Of a stretch of 53,084 bases of DNA, positions 29,817 through 42,171 are shown piece by piece; position 1 is the first letter of the stretch; each line of letters starts with the position of its first letter. Both the position numbers and the translations under genes were made by a program. Source of the stretch: Methylotenera sp. (GTDB lineage Bacteria > Pseudomonadota > Gammaproteobacteria > Burkholderiales > Methylophilaceae); assembly GCA_025359405.1 (NCBI GenBank), contig JANYGD010000117.1, forward strand, positions 1 through 53,084, written 5' to 3'. The notes beneath the pieces were generated by a model. It was not told the origin of the DNA, made no database searches, and saw only the letters and a program-made list of their open reading frames with translations.

Positions 29817-31124
29817 TTGAACAGCTTATTTCAACCCACCTCACCACAAGCGCCGCTCGCAGAAAGGCTTCGCCCTAAAACATTGGACGAAGTTGTCGGC
29901 CAGTCGCATCTACTGGGCGAAAATAAGCCACTCCGCCTTGCGTTTCAATCGGGTAATTTGCCTTCTATGATTCTGTGGGGTCCGCCTGGCGTAGGCAAAA
30001 CCACATTGGCTCGCCTCATTGCCAACACCGCCGATGCTGAATTTATCGCGGTTTCTGCCGTGTTATCTGGTATTAAAGATATTCGTGATGCGGTAGAGCG
30101 CGCCGAGCTTACTTTGCAGCAACATGGACGCAAGACCATTCTGTTTGTCGATGAAGTGCATCGCTTCAACAAAGGTCAGCAGGATGCTTTTTTGCCCTTT
30201 GTAGAAAGCGGCTTGATTACCTTTATTGGCGCCACCACTGAAAACCCTTCGTTTGAGGTGAATAGCGCGCTATTAAGCCGCGCGCAGGTGTTTGTACTAA
30301 ATGCGCTATCTGAGTCAGAACTGGCGTTGTTACTAGAGCGGGCAAGATTGTTAGTGGCTGAGAAGGTCACCATTGCAGACGAAGTACGAGAACAGATTTT
30401 AGGCTATGCGGATGGTGATGCAAGGCGTTTGTTCAACTTCCTAGAGAGTTTATTCAATGCGGCTGAAGCTGCAAATATCACTGAAATTGACGAAGCCTTT
30501 TTACAAACGACGATGGCGGAAAAACTGCGCCGTTTTGATAAAGGCGGCGAAGCATTTTACGACCAGATTTCTGCGCTACATAAATCGGTTCGTGGCTCCA
30601 ATCCGGATGCAGCGCTGTATTGGTTTTTACGTATGATCGACGGTGGTGCTGATCCGCTATATTTGGGGCGGCGCATTATTCGTATGGCGATAGAAGATAT
30701 CGGCTTGGCCGACCCGCGCGCACAGACCATGGCACTGGAGGCCTGCCAAATTTATGAACGACTGGGTTCTCCGGAAGGCGAATTGGCGCTATCCAACGCG
30801 GTGATTTATGTGGCAGTAGCGCCCAAGAGCAACGCGGCTTACAACGCCTATAACCAAGCCAAGTCATTTATCGCGCAAGATAAGTCTAGAACAGTTCCGC
30901 TACACTTACGCAATGCGCCAACTAAGCTGATGAAAGCGCTGGATTATGGCAAAGAATATCGCTACGCGCACAACGAACCCGAAGCTTACGCGGCTGGTGT
31001 GGATTATTTTCCAGACGAAATGACACCACAGCAATTTTATACGCCCACACCACGCGGCTTAGAAGGTAAAATTACGGAAAAACTGAAGCACCTTAAAGAA
31101 CTAGATAAAAAAGCGAAAAAGTAG
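29817..31124 (+). CDS. rarA: Replication-associated recombination protein A (MgsA)
   Basis: PLAERLRP, WGPPGVGKTT, DEVHRFNK, GATTENP and SALHKSVRGS. Confidence 0.96.
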   Translation: MNSLFQPTSPQAPLAERLRPKTLDEVVGQSHLLGENKPLRLAFQSGNLPSMILWGPPGVGKTTLARLIANTADAEFIAVSAVLSGIKDIRDAVERAELTLQQHGRKTILFVDEVHRFNKGQQDAFLPFVESGLITFIGATTENPSFEVNSALLSRAQVFVLNALSESELALLLERARLLVAEKVTIADEVREQILGYADGDARRLFNFLESLFNAAEAANITEIDEAFLQTTMAEKLRRFDKGGEAFYDQISALHKSVRGSNPDAALYWFLRMIDGGADPLYLGRRIIRMAIEDIGLADPRAQTMALEACQIYERLGSPEGELALSNAVIYVAVAPKSNAAYNAYNQAKSFIAQDKSRTVPLHLRNAPTKLMKALDYGKEYRYAHNEPEAYAAGVDYFPDEMTPQQFYTPTPRGLEGKITEKLKHLKELDKKAKK

Positions 31125-33960
<2,836 letters not shown>

Positions 33961-33982
33961 AAATAAGCCCTAAAAATTCGAT

Positions 33983-34690
33983 TTATTTCCAACGTTCTTC
34001 AACTTTGCCATTGCCAGCAATAAAAACAGCGCTAGTTAAGCCGCGAAAAATACCATGCTCAACCACACCAGGCGTGTTGTTGATAAGCTGGTTCAGTGCT
34101 TCTTCCGATATTGATTTGTCGAATGCCATATCTAGTACCAAGCTTCCGTGAGAGCTAATAGACAAGCCATCTTTGGCAACGTTCTGCCGTAAATCACCTA
34201 CGCCGCCCGCCGCTTCTAGGCTACGTTTGGCGGCTTTCCAAGCGAAAGCCATTACTTCAATTGGGATGGCGTAGTTAGTGCCAATACGGTCGACCAATTT
34301 GCTTTTATCTGCAACTACTAAAAACTGTTTGGCAGCTTTGGCGAGAAGTTTTTCTAACACTAAATCGTAGCCACGACCCTTTAAAAGTGTCATGTCTGGC
34401 GTGATTTCATCGGCGCCATCCACGTATAAATCAATTTCGGAAACTTGGGTCAGCGCAATAACATTCAAACCCAAACTTTGTGCTTTAATCATGCTCACTT
34501 GCGAGCTGGCAATAGTAGTGACTTTGAGTTTTTCTTCCGTTTGACGACGTGCCAGTTCTTCAATGAAATAATTGGCAGTTGAACCCGTCCCTAGACCAAC
34601 CAGCATGCCATTTTTGACGTATTTGGTGGCATGAATTGCGACGGCTTGTTTATCGTTAACGGGCTTATCATTCATGATATCGTCCCCCAA
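33983..34690 (-). CDS. rpiA: Ribose-5-phosphate isomerase A
   Basis: GLGTGST, DGADE and PGVVEHGIF. The true start may be the Met at 34675. Confidence 0.93.
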   Translation of the reverse strand: MGDDIMNDKPVNDKQAVAIHATKYVKNGMLVGLGTGSTANYFIEELARRQTEEKLKVTTIASSQVSMIKAQSLGLNVIALTQVSEIDLYVDGADEITPDMTLLKGRGYDLVLEKLLAKAAKQFLVVADKSKLVDRIGTNYAIPIEVMAFAWKAAKRSLEAAGGVGDLRQNVAKDGLSISSHGSLVLDMAFDKSISEEALNQLINNTPGVVEHGIFRGLTSAVFIAGNGKVEERWK

Positions 34691-34794
34691 TATTTTTATT
34701 TTTGTCTTAATTGAATCTAGCCTAAATGATGCAGCTAGTTACGGCTATAATAGGCAAAATCCAACCTTAAACCAAGCCATTTTCACACTCATTT

Positions 34795-37700
34795 ATGCAG
34801 TTATCACAGCCTAGCATCGGGCAAAAAAGCCGTTTTTCTTATCATGCCAATGGCTTAGATAGCTTATCTCTTGCAACACTTTCATGTAGCTTAAAAACAA
34901 CAAAAACGCTGCTTGTTATCATCACGTCTAATGCATTTGAAGCGCAGCGTTTGTTAGAAGAATTGCCTTATTTTGCGCCTGATTTAAGCGTACATTTATT
35001 GCCAGATTGGGAGACGCTACCCTACGATGTGTTTTCGCCGCATCCCGATTTAATCTCCGAGCGTCTGGCGACTTTGTACCAAATAAGCCAAAACCAATGT
35101 GACGTCGTCATTGTGCCAATTGCCACGGCTTTATTACGTTTGCCACCTGTTAGCTATTTTGCAGGGCATACCTTTATGCTAAAAAAGGTGCAGAAACTCA
35201 ATTTAGACGCGCTACGCCATCAATGCGCCCAAGCGGGCTACCATCATGTCTCACAAGTCATCTCACCAGGCGAATTTAGCGTACGCGGTGGTTTGGTGGA
35301 TTTGTTTCCCATGGGCAGCGCGTTGCCATATAGAATCGACTTGTTTGATAACGAAATTGAAAGCATACGCACCTTCGATGTCGATACCCAGCGCAGTCTT
35401 TACCCGGTGCCAGAAATACGCTTGCTGCCGGCACGCGAGTTTCCACTAGACGAAGCTGGCATTGCTAAATTTAGAAGCAATTTTCGTGAGCAATTTGAAG
35501 GCGACCCGCAGCGCGCGACTATCTATAAAAATGTGAGTAAAGGCACAGCCAGTGGTGGTATAGAGTGGTATTTGCCACTGTTTTTTGATGTAACTGCGAC
35601 GCTGTTTGATTATCTGCCAAAAGAAACGACCGTTTGCCTGCACGGTAACCTTGATAAAGCTGCGCAAAGTTTTTGGTTTGATGCTAACTCGCGCTATAAG
35701 TTAATGGCGCATGACGCTGAAAAACCGATTTTAAAGCCCGAATTACTGCTGATTAAAACTGATGATTTTTTTAAAACTGCGCACGATTTTCCGCTGCTGA
35801 CTTTTCAGCTAGAGGCCACCAGTGCGCTGCCTGCGCTGGATATTGAACGTCGCGCCGAAAAACCTTTGCATAAGTTACAAGCGTTTATTGAATCTGCAAA
35901 ACAACGTATTTTAATTGTCGCAGAGAGTCTAGGTCGCCGTGAAACTATGGCGCAGTTGTTTACCGAACATGGCTTGGAAATGAAAACCTGCGAGACTTGG
36001 GCAGAGTTTGAAAGTAAAAGTGACAAACTGATGCTAGGCATATCGCCGCTGCATTCTGGTTTTACTAATGAATCAATCACAGTCATCACCGAAGCTGAGC
36101 TCTACGCTGCCACCGTGCGCCAGCAACGTCGCCGCGAGAAAGAAAAAGCACGCAACACCGAGGGCATGCTCAAAGATTTATCCGAGTTGCGCTTTGATGA
36201 CCCTGTCGTGCACGAGCAGCATGGCGTGGGGCGTTACAAAGGCTTGGTGAATTTAGATTTTGGTGAAGGCGAAACAGAATTTTTGCTGCTGGAATATTTT
36301 GGCGACGATAAATTATATGTACCGGTTTCGCAGTTGTTTTTAATTTCGCGTTATTCGGGCGGGCCACCAGAAAGCGCGCCATTACACAGGCTGGGCAGTG
36401 GTCAATGGGAAAAAGCCAAGAAAAAAGCGCTTAAGCAAATTCGTGACACCGCGGCAGAATTACTCAATCTTTATGCGCAGCGCGCCGCACGGCGTGGTCA
36501 CGCGTTTACCTTGAGCCTGAAAGATTACGAAGCGTTTGCAGAGGGCTTTGCTTTTGAAGAAACGCCCGACCAGTTGGAAGCCATTGAAAATGTCATCAAA
36601 GACATGCAATCTGGCCGCCCCATGGACAGATTGGTCTGCGGCGATGTGGGGTTTGGCAAAACTGAAGTGGCTTTAAGAGCAGCTTTCGTCGCGGTGATGG
36701 GCGGGCGGCAAGTCGCGGTGCTGGTGCCAACTACATTGCTGGCTGAGCAGCATTACCAAAATTTTTGCGATAGATTTGCGGAGTGGCCGATAAAAGTGGC
36801 TGAAATTTCACGTTTTAGAAGCGCCAAAGAACAGGCAGAAGCCTTGCGTGGTTTGGCTTCTGGAGAAATTGATATTATTATCGGCACGCATCGCTTAATT
36901 CAAAAAGATGTGAAATTTAAAAACTTAGGTCTAGCGATTTTAGATGAAGAACACCGTTTTGGCGTGCGCCAAAAAGAGCAAATGAAAGCTCTGCGCGCCG
37001 AAGTGGACGTGCTAACGTTGACTGCAACACCAATCCCGCGCACCTTAAGCATGGCGATGGAAGGTTTACGCGAGTTTAGCGTCATTGCCACGCCACCGCA
37101 AAAACGCTTGAGCATTAAAACCTTCCACACCAATTATTCTGAAGGCATTATCCGCGAGGCGGTAATGCGCGAATTTAAACGTGGCGGTCAAGTTTACTTT
37201 TTGCATAACGAAGTGGATACCATTTTTGTGATGCGGGAAAAACTGGAGAAAATCGTCCCCGAAGCGCGCATTGCCATTGCCCATGGCCAATTGCGCGAGC
37301 GCGAGCTGGAACATGTGATGCGCGATTTTTACCAGCAACGCAGCAATATTTTGCTGTGCACCACCATTATTGAAACCGGCATTGACGTGCCGACCGCCAA
37401 CACCATTATCATGAATCGTGCTGATATGTTTGGCCTGGCGCAGCTGCACCAATTGCGCGGTCGAGTAGGGCGCAGTCACCACCAAGCGTATGCCTATTTG
37501 CTTACAGACGAACATCGTAAAATTACGCCGCAAGCCCAAAAACGGCTAGATGCGATTCAATTAATGGAAGATTTAGGCGCGGGTTTTCACCTAGCCATGC
37601 ACGATTTAGAAATTCGTGGTGCTGGCGAGTTGCTTGGCGATTCACAGAGTGGCGAAATGCAAGCGATTGGGTTTCATTTATATTCTGACATGCTAAACCA

Positions 37701-38199
37701 CGCTGTGAAGCAGCTTAAAGCGGGCAAAGAGCCCGATTTAGACGCGCCATTAGGCGTAACCACCGAAATCAATCTGCATGTGCCAGCGCTACTCACCAAC
37801 GCATATTGCCCCGATGTGCACGAGCGGCTGGTGATTTATAAGCGCCTTGCCAACGCTAATACCGATGACGAGTTAGACACGCTGCAAGAAGAGCTAATTG
37901 ACCGCTTTGGCTTGCTGCCAGAACAAGGCGAAACTTTGCTGGCTTGTCACAGGCTGCGTATCGCGGCCAAACCCTTAGGCATTATTAAAATTGATGCCTC
38001 CGATGCCTCAATCCAGCTACAATTTAGTATTAAAGCAGGAATTGAAAGTATGCTAGACCCAATGAAACTCGTCAGCCTGTTACAGCGCGATCGCCGCTGC
38101 CGCATGAACGGGCCTGATAAATTGCGCGTAACTGTGCAATTAGGCAATGTAAATCATCGAGCAGAATTCGTGAAAGCGCTGCTAAAAGAATTTACTTAA
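34795..38199 (+). CDS. mfd: Transcription-repair coupling factor
   Basis: PDWETLPYD, CarD/RID, CGDVGFGKT, DEEHRFG, QLHQLRGRVGR and TRCF C-terminus. Confidence 0.97.
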   Translation: MQLSQPSIGQKSRFSYHANGLDSLSLATLSCSLKTTKTLLVIITSNAFEAQRLLEELPYFAPDLSVHLLPDWETLPYDVFSPHPDLISERLATLYQISQNQCDVVIVPIATALLRLPPVSYFAGHTFMLKKVQKLNLDALRHQCAQAGYHHVSQVISPGEFSVRGGLVDLFPMGSALPYRIDLFDNEIESIRTFDVDTQRSLYPVPEIRLLPAREFPLDEAGIAKFRSNFREQFEGDPQRATIYKNVSKGTASGGIEWYLPLFFDVTATLFDYLPKETTVCLHGNLDKAAQSFWFDANSRYKLMAHDAEKPILKPELLLIKTDDFFKTAHDFPLLTFQLEATSALPALDIERRAEKPLHKLQAFIESAKQRILIVAESLGRRETMAQLFTEHGLEMKTCETWAEFESKSDKLMLGISPLHSGFTNESITVITEAELYAATVRQQRRREKEKARNTEGMLKDLSELRFDDPVVHEQHGVGRYKGLVNLDFGEGETEFLLLEYFGDDKLYVPVSQLFLISRYSGGPPESAPLHRLGSGQWEKAKKKALKQIRDTAAELLNLYAQRAARRGHAFTLSLKDYEAFAEGFAFEETPDQLEAIENVIKDMQSGRPMDRLVCGDVGFGKTEVALRAAFVAVMGGRQVAVLVPTTLLAEQHYQNFCDRFAEWPIKVAEISRFRSAKEQAEALRGLASGEIDIIIGTHRLIQKDVKFKNLGLAILDEEHRFGVRQKEQMKALRAEVDVLTLTATPIPRTLSMAMEGLREFSVIATPPQKRLSIKTFHTNYSEGIIREAVMREFKRGGQVYFLHNEVDTIFVMREKLEKIVPEARIAIAHGQLRERELEHVMRDFYQQRSNILLCTTIIETGIDVPTANTIIMNRADMFGLAQLHQLRGRVGRSHHQAYAYLLTDEHRKITPQAQKRLDAIQLMEDLGAGFHLAMHDLEIRGAGELLGDSQSGEMQAIGFHLYSDMLNHAVKQLKAGKEPDLDAPLGVTTEINLHVPALLTNAYCPDVHERLVIYKRLANANTDDELDTLQEELIDRFGLLPEQGETLLACHRLRIAAKPLGIIKIDASDASIQLQFSIKAGIESMLDPMKLVSLLQRDRRCRMNGPDKLRVTVQLGNVNHRAEFVKALLKEFT

Positions 38200-38212
38200 A
38201 GAGAGAAATGTC

Positions 38213-38824
38213 ATGTTAGAACAACTACTTGCTGGCATTGCCGGTTGGATTTTAGGCGTTATATCCAGCATGCATTATGGCGGCATTGTGCTGCTTATGG
38301 CGATTGAGTCGGCGTGTATTCCGCTGCCATCGGAAATCATTATGCCATTTGCGGGGTTTTTGGTGAGTAAGGGCGAGATGACGCTACTTGGTATTGCCTT
38401 GGCAGGCGCAATTGGCTGTGTGCTCGGCTCAATACCCGCTTATTACTTAGGTATGTTTGGTGGCAGGCCGTTGGTAGAAAAATACGGCAAATATGTGCTC
38501 ATTTCGCATAAAGATTTGGACATGGCTGACCGCTGGTTTGCGCAGTATGGCGAAATCACTATTTTCGCAGGGCGGCTATTGCCTGTAGTGCGCACCTTTA
38601 TTGCCTTTCCGGCCGGTGTGGCGCGCATGAACATGCCAAAATTTATTGGCTATACCTTCGTAGGTTCGTTTATTTGGTGTGGGGTGCTGGGGTATGCCGG
38701 CATGAAGACGGGTGAGCATTGGGAAGATTTAAAAGTGTACTTCCATCAATTCCATTACGTCATTGCCGCAGCTGGCTTGATTTTTGTGGCGTGGTATGTG
38801 CGTAGACACTTCAAAAACAACTAA
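38213..38824 (+). CDS. DedA-family membrane protein
   Basis: ESACIPLPSEIIMPFAG and GRLLPVVRTFIAFPAG. Confidence 0.93.
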   Translation: MLEQLLAGIAGWILGVISSMHYGGIVLLMAIESACIPLPSEIIMPFAGFLVSKGEMTLLGIALAGAIGCVLGSIPAYYLGMFGGRPLVEKYGKYVLISHKDLDMADRWFAQYGEITIFAGRLLPVVRTFIAFPAGVARMNMPKFIGYTFVGSFIWCGVLGYAGMKTGEHWEDLKVYFHQFHYVIAAAGLIFVAWYVRRHFKNN

Positions 38825-41800
38825 TAAATTTCAACTAGTTTCCCTAGACTTAAAAAGAATACGGCTTTTTTAATCGGCAAATTTTCGTGTAAAAACAGGC
38901 TAGCATAGCGTGTCAATTGTGGGCTGTGCTGTGCTGCTGCCATTTCATAATTTTCATCCACCGCAGTCAGTTTGAAATCAATAATCCATCTTACATCAAC
39001 CTCAATAAATGTGAGGTCGATGCGATGTTCTTGAAGAACATTATTTTCATCCATTGCAGTTACACTTAACTCAGCTTGACGACTTGGCCTAGAGGCCAAT
39101 ATCCATGAGCCATGCGGGCTTGTGATGGTTTTTTTTAGCGCTGCAATAATGTGTGGCACTTGTTTTTCAACTTCATTTTTGGCATGACCTTTTTGCAGCA
39201 ACCAAAATCGCATGGCGCTAGCACCAGCATCTATGCGGCTTGCAGGCCAGTGCCCTAAACCAGTATTTGCAATCATTTCCATGTATAAATGCGCGAGCGT
39301 GCCCGCATCTGCGGCGAGACTTAAAGTCGGCAGAGGTGGACTCTGCTTAGTTTGCAGCTTGTTTTGCGTAACTCTGAGTTCGTTATCTAGTCGTAACACG
39401 GCTGGTATTTGCGGTTGTTTTAAACGTATCAAACGGGGTGTGAAATTAGCGATATTATCTTCAATATTGGTACTATTTTCTGCCAATTTAGACGCTTCAA
39501 ATTCGACCGAAACCGCGTCCCACAGCAAATCCAAATATGTGTTTTTTGTGGGTTTGATTTCACCTTTTGTGTTTTGAGTGGCTATGCCAACTAAGTGCAA
39601 TTTTCGCTCGGCGCGCGTCGCCGCCACATATAGCACACGCGCGTCTTCGTTCGCATCGCGCTCATTTTCAAGCGTCTCTAAATAATCATAAGCACTCACC
39701 GCGTCTTTATCGTGGTTTTTATCACGTGCGCCTTTGGGAATATAAGGCGCAGCAAGCAATTCAGGCTGTTCTTCAACGGTTACTTCCTCCCACAACACCA
39801 GTGGTTTGTCGCTATTATTGCCGCCAATTTTCGCGCCCAGCCCAAGCAAAATTACGGTATCAAATTCCAAACCTTTGGATTTATGAATGGTCATCATTTG
39901 CAGATGCTCGCCGTGACTATCGGGCGTGGCAAATAGCTTGGTAATCTCAGCATCCATGCGCTCTGGCGAGAATTGGTTACTGCGATCTAAATTATCCAAA
40001 CAAGCAAAAAACGCCTGCACATCGACAATATCGCTTTGCTCCCACAAACACGCTGTGCCATTCAACATGAGCCAAATGCCGCGAATCCAGCGGCTCACAT
40101 TCACGCGCCCTTGCGTGGCAAAAGCTTCTGCAAAAATATCGCGCAGGTGTTTCAATCGCGCTTGTCCATCTGCGGATAATTGATTGATGATTTCATCATT
40201 TTGCATCAGCGACCAAATCGTGCTGTGATGATTGCTGCCCGCCAGCGCGTGCAAATCGTGCAAAGTGAGACCACACCAAGGCGCACGCAGCACCGCCAGC
40301 CAATGCACACGGTCTGCACGGTGGTGCAGAGCATGCGTGAGTGCTAGCAAATCTTGCACAATTTGGCGGCCTTGTAGCGCCTCAATCTCGACCGCTTGAA
40401 ACAGAATATCTCGATGCTCTCGCCGCAACTTTGTGACCAGCGGTGCCAAATGTTTTTTAGCGCGCACCAAAATAGCAATTTTTTTACCTGGATTTTCTTT
40501 ACGCTCGTGCTGAATAATACCAATCACCACATCCGCTTCACGCTGATTGGCAGTATCTAATGATTCATCTTTCTGTTTGATAATGGGATGAACTTCAACC
40601 CCAGCTTGAGGTACATGATTATTAGGGTCTGCAATAAAAGAACGGTAATGAATCGCCCCTTGTGTCTCATCATCAAACGCAGGAAATATGTGAGCAAAAG
40701 TGTCGTTTATCCAATCCACGACAGATGGGCAAGAGCGGTTATTGCGATAAAGATGTAATTTTTCTAGTCGAATGTCGCCAATACCACGTGTAGACGCATG
40801 AATAAATTGTGCGACGTTGGCTTTGCGAAAGCGATAGATGGATTGCATGGGGTCACCCACGCAGAATATGGTGCGGTTATCATCTGCTTGCCAGCCAAGC
40901 GTGAGTTGCTCCAAAAGTGCAACCTGACTGGGGTTGGTGTCTTGAAACTCATCAATCAGCAAATGCTGAATTTGGTAATCCAGCTTAAGCGCCAAATCAG
41001 TCGGCTCGCCAAAATGATCGGTAAGTGCCTGTGTTGCACGTTGTGCAATTTCTACAAAATCGACTTCACCGGCGCGCTGAAATGCCAGCCATAGCTGCGC
41101 CACGGCCAAATTGAGTAGTTTGGAAAGCGTAGCAATCATTTGCCAGCTTGTTTCGTCATTATTCAAATTGGGCAATAGGCGTAAGCGTTGCAAGGCACTT
41201 ACATCGCCAATTGCAGCAATTATTTTTGCCAATGCCAACTTTTGTGCTTTGCCTTCATCCGTGGCGGGGAAGCCATGACGCTTGTCTACTGTAAGACGCG
41301 GCTCACCATTATTTTTTAGCAATAAATCCGCCAGTGCGCGCCACATGGGCACGGCTTCTAACGTTGCTGGGATCGGCGTTTCCCAATCGATTAACAGCGC
41401 CACACTAGCATCGCAAACCAGGTTGGAAGCTGCAAAACGTGCGATAGGCATTAGTAATTGCTGAAAGGCTAAAGGTAAGGCAGCGGCTTGCAACTCCTGC
41501 TCAACCATATTGCGCAGAGTGCTTTCTAATTGTTTAACGTCAACTGCATGCTGCGCCTGATGTAGCCACTGATCGCGTTTTGCCAGCATTTTCTCCAGTA
41601 AGTTTTTAAGCTCATTGGCATTGTTATCCACATAACGTAAAGCCGTCTTCACAACGTTACCATGCATGCTATCTTCAAGTAAGGCTAGCGTATTATCTGC
41701 CGCTTGTGCATATAGCATACCAGCAGCTTCGTCTTTAACTACGCGCGGTTGCGAGCCTAAACGGCTCATCAGCGGCATTTGTCTTGTTAAATGCCCACAC

Positions 41801-42171
41801 AAACTATCGATGGTAAAAATGCGCAAACGCGAAGGATTTTCAATCAACTGCCAGCCTTTGTTCTGTGCATGTTGTAAGGCTTGCAGGCTAAGCTGGTAAG
41901 TTATTTGTTTGTGCGCTTTATCTGGCGGTGTTTGGTTTGCAGCGCTAATTAAACTATCCAAAATACGCAGCCGCATCTCAGCCGCCGCCTTATTGGTAAA
42001 GGTGATGGCGATAATTTCTTCAGGCTCATTAACCGTTTGCAAAAGCCTGAGAAAACGCTGTGTGAGTAACTCGGTTTTGCCCGCGCCAGCTGGTGCCTCG
42101 ACGATAAACGAGGTTAAATCGAGTGCGCGCAGACGGTTTTCTTCATCAATTTTTAAGAGATTTGCGGTCAT
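38821..42171 (-). CDS. UvrD-like helicase with C-terminal nuclease (AddA/RecB-like)
   Basis: APAGAGKT, ITFTNKAA, DEFQDT, VGDPMQSIYRFR, TIHKSKGLEF, YVAATRA, then RIDL...IIDFK. Confidence 0.9.
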   Translation of the reverse strand: MTANLLKIDEENRLRALDLTSFIVEAPAGAGKTELLTQRFLRLLQTVNEPEEIIAITFTNKAAAEMRLRILDSLISAANQTPPDKAHKQITYQLSLQALQHAQNKGWQLIENPSRLRIFTIDSLCGHLTRQMPLMSRLGSQPRVVKDEAAGMLYAQAADNTLALLEDSMHGNVVKTALRYVDNNANELKNLLEKMLAKRDQWLHQAQHAVDVKQLESTLRNMVEQELQAAALPLAFQQLLMPIARFAASNLVCDASVALLIDWETPIPATLEAVPMWRALADLLLKNNGEPRLTVDKRHGFPATDEGKAQKLALAKIIAAIGDVSALQRLRLLPNLNNDETSWQMIATLSKLLNLAVAQLWLAFQRAGEVDFVEIAQRATQALTDHFGEPTDLALKLDYQIQHLLIDEFQDTNPSQVALLEQLTLGWQADDNRTIFCVGDPMQSIYRFRKANVAQFIHASTRGIGDIRLEKLHLYRNNRSCPSVVDWINDTFAHIFPAFDDETQGAIHYRSFIADPNNHVPQAGVEVHPIIKQKDESLDTANQREADVVIGIIQHERKENPGKKIAILVRAKKHLAPLVTKLRREHRDILFQAVEIEALQGRQIVQDLLALTHALHHRADRVHWLAVLRAPWCGLTLHDLHALAGSNHHSTIWSLMQNDEIINQLSADGQARLKHLRDIFAEAFATQGRVNVSRWIRGIWLMLNGTACLWEQSDIVDVQAFFACLDNLDRSNQFSPERMDAEITKLFATPDSHGEHLQMMTIHKSKGLEFDTVILLGLGAKIGGNNSDKPLVLWEEVTVEEQPELLAAPYIPKGARDKNHDKDAVSAYDYLETLENERDANEDARVLYVAATRAERKLHLVGIATQNTKGEIKPTKNTYLDLLWDAVSVEFEASKLAENSTNIEDNIANFTPRLIRLKQPQIPAVLRLDNELRVTQNKLQTKQSPPLPTLSLAADAGTLAHLYMEMIANTGLGHWPASRIDAGASAMRFWLLQKGHAKNEVEKQVPHIIAALKKTITSPHGSWILASRPSRQAELSVTAMDENNVLQEHRIDLTFIEVDVRWIIDFKLTAVDENYEMAAAQHSPQLTRYASLFLHENLPIKKAVFFLSLGKLVEIY

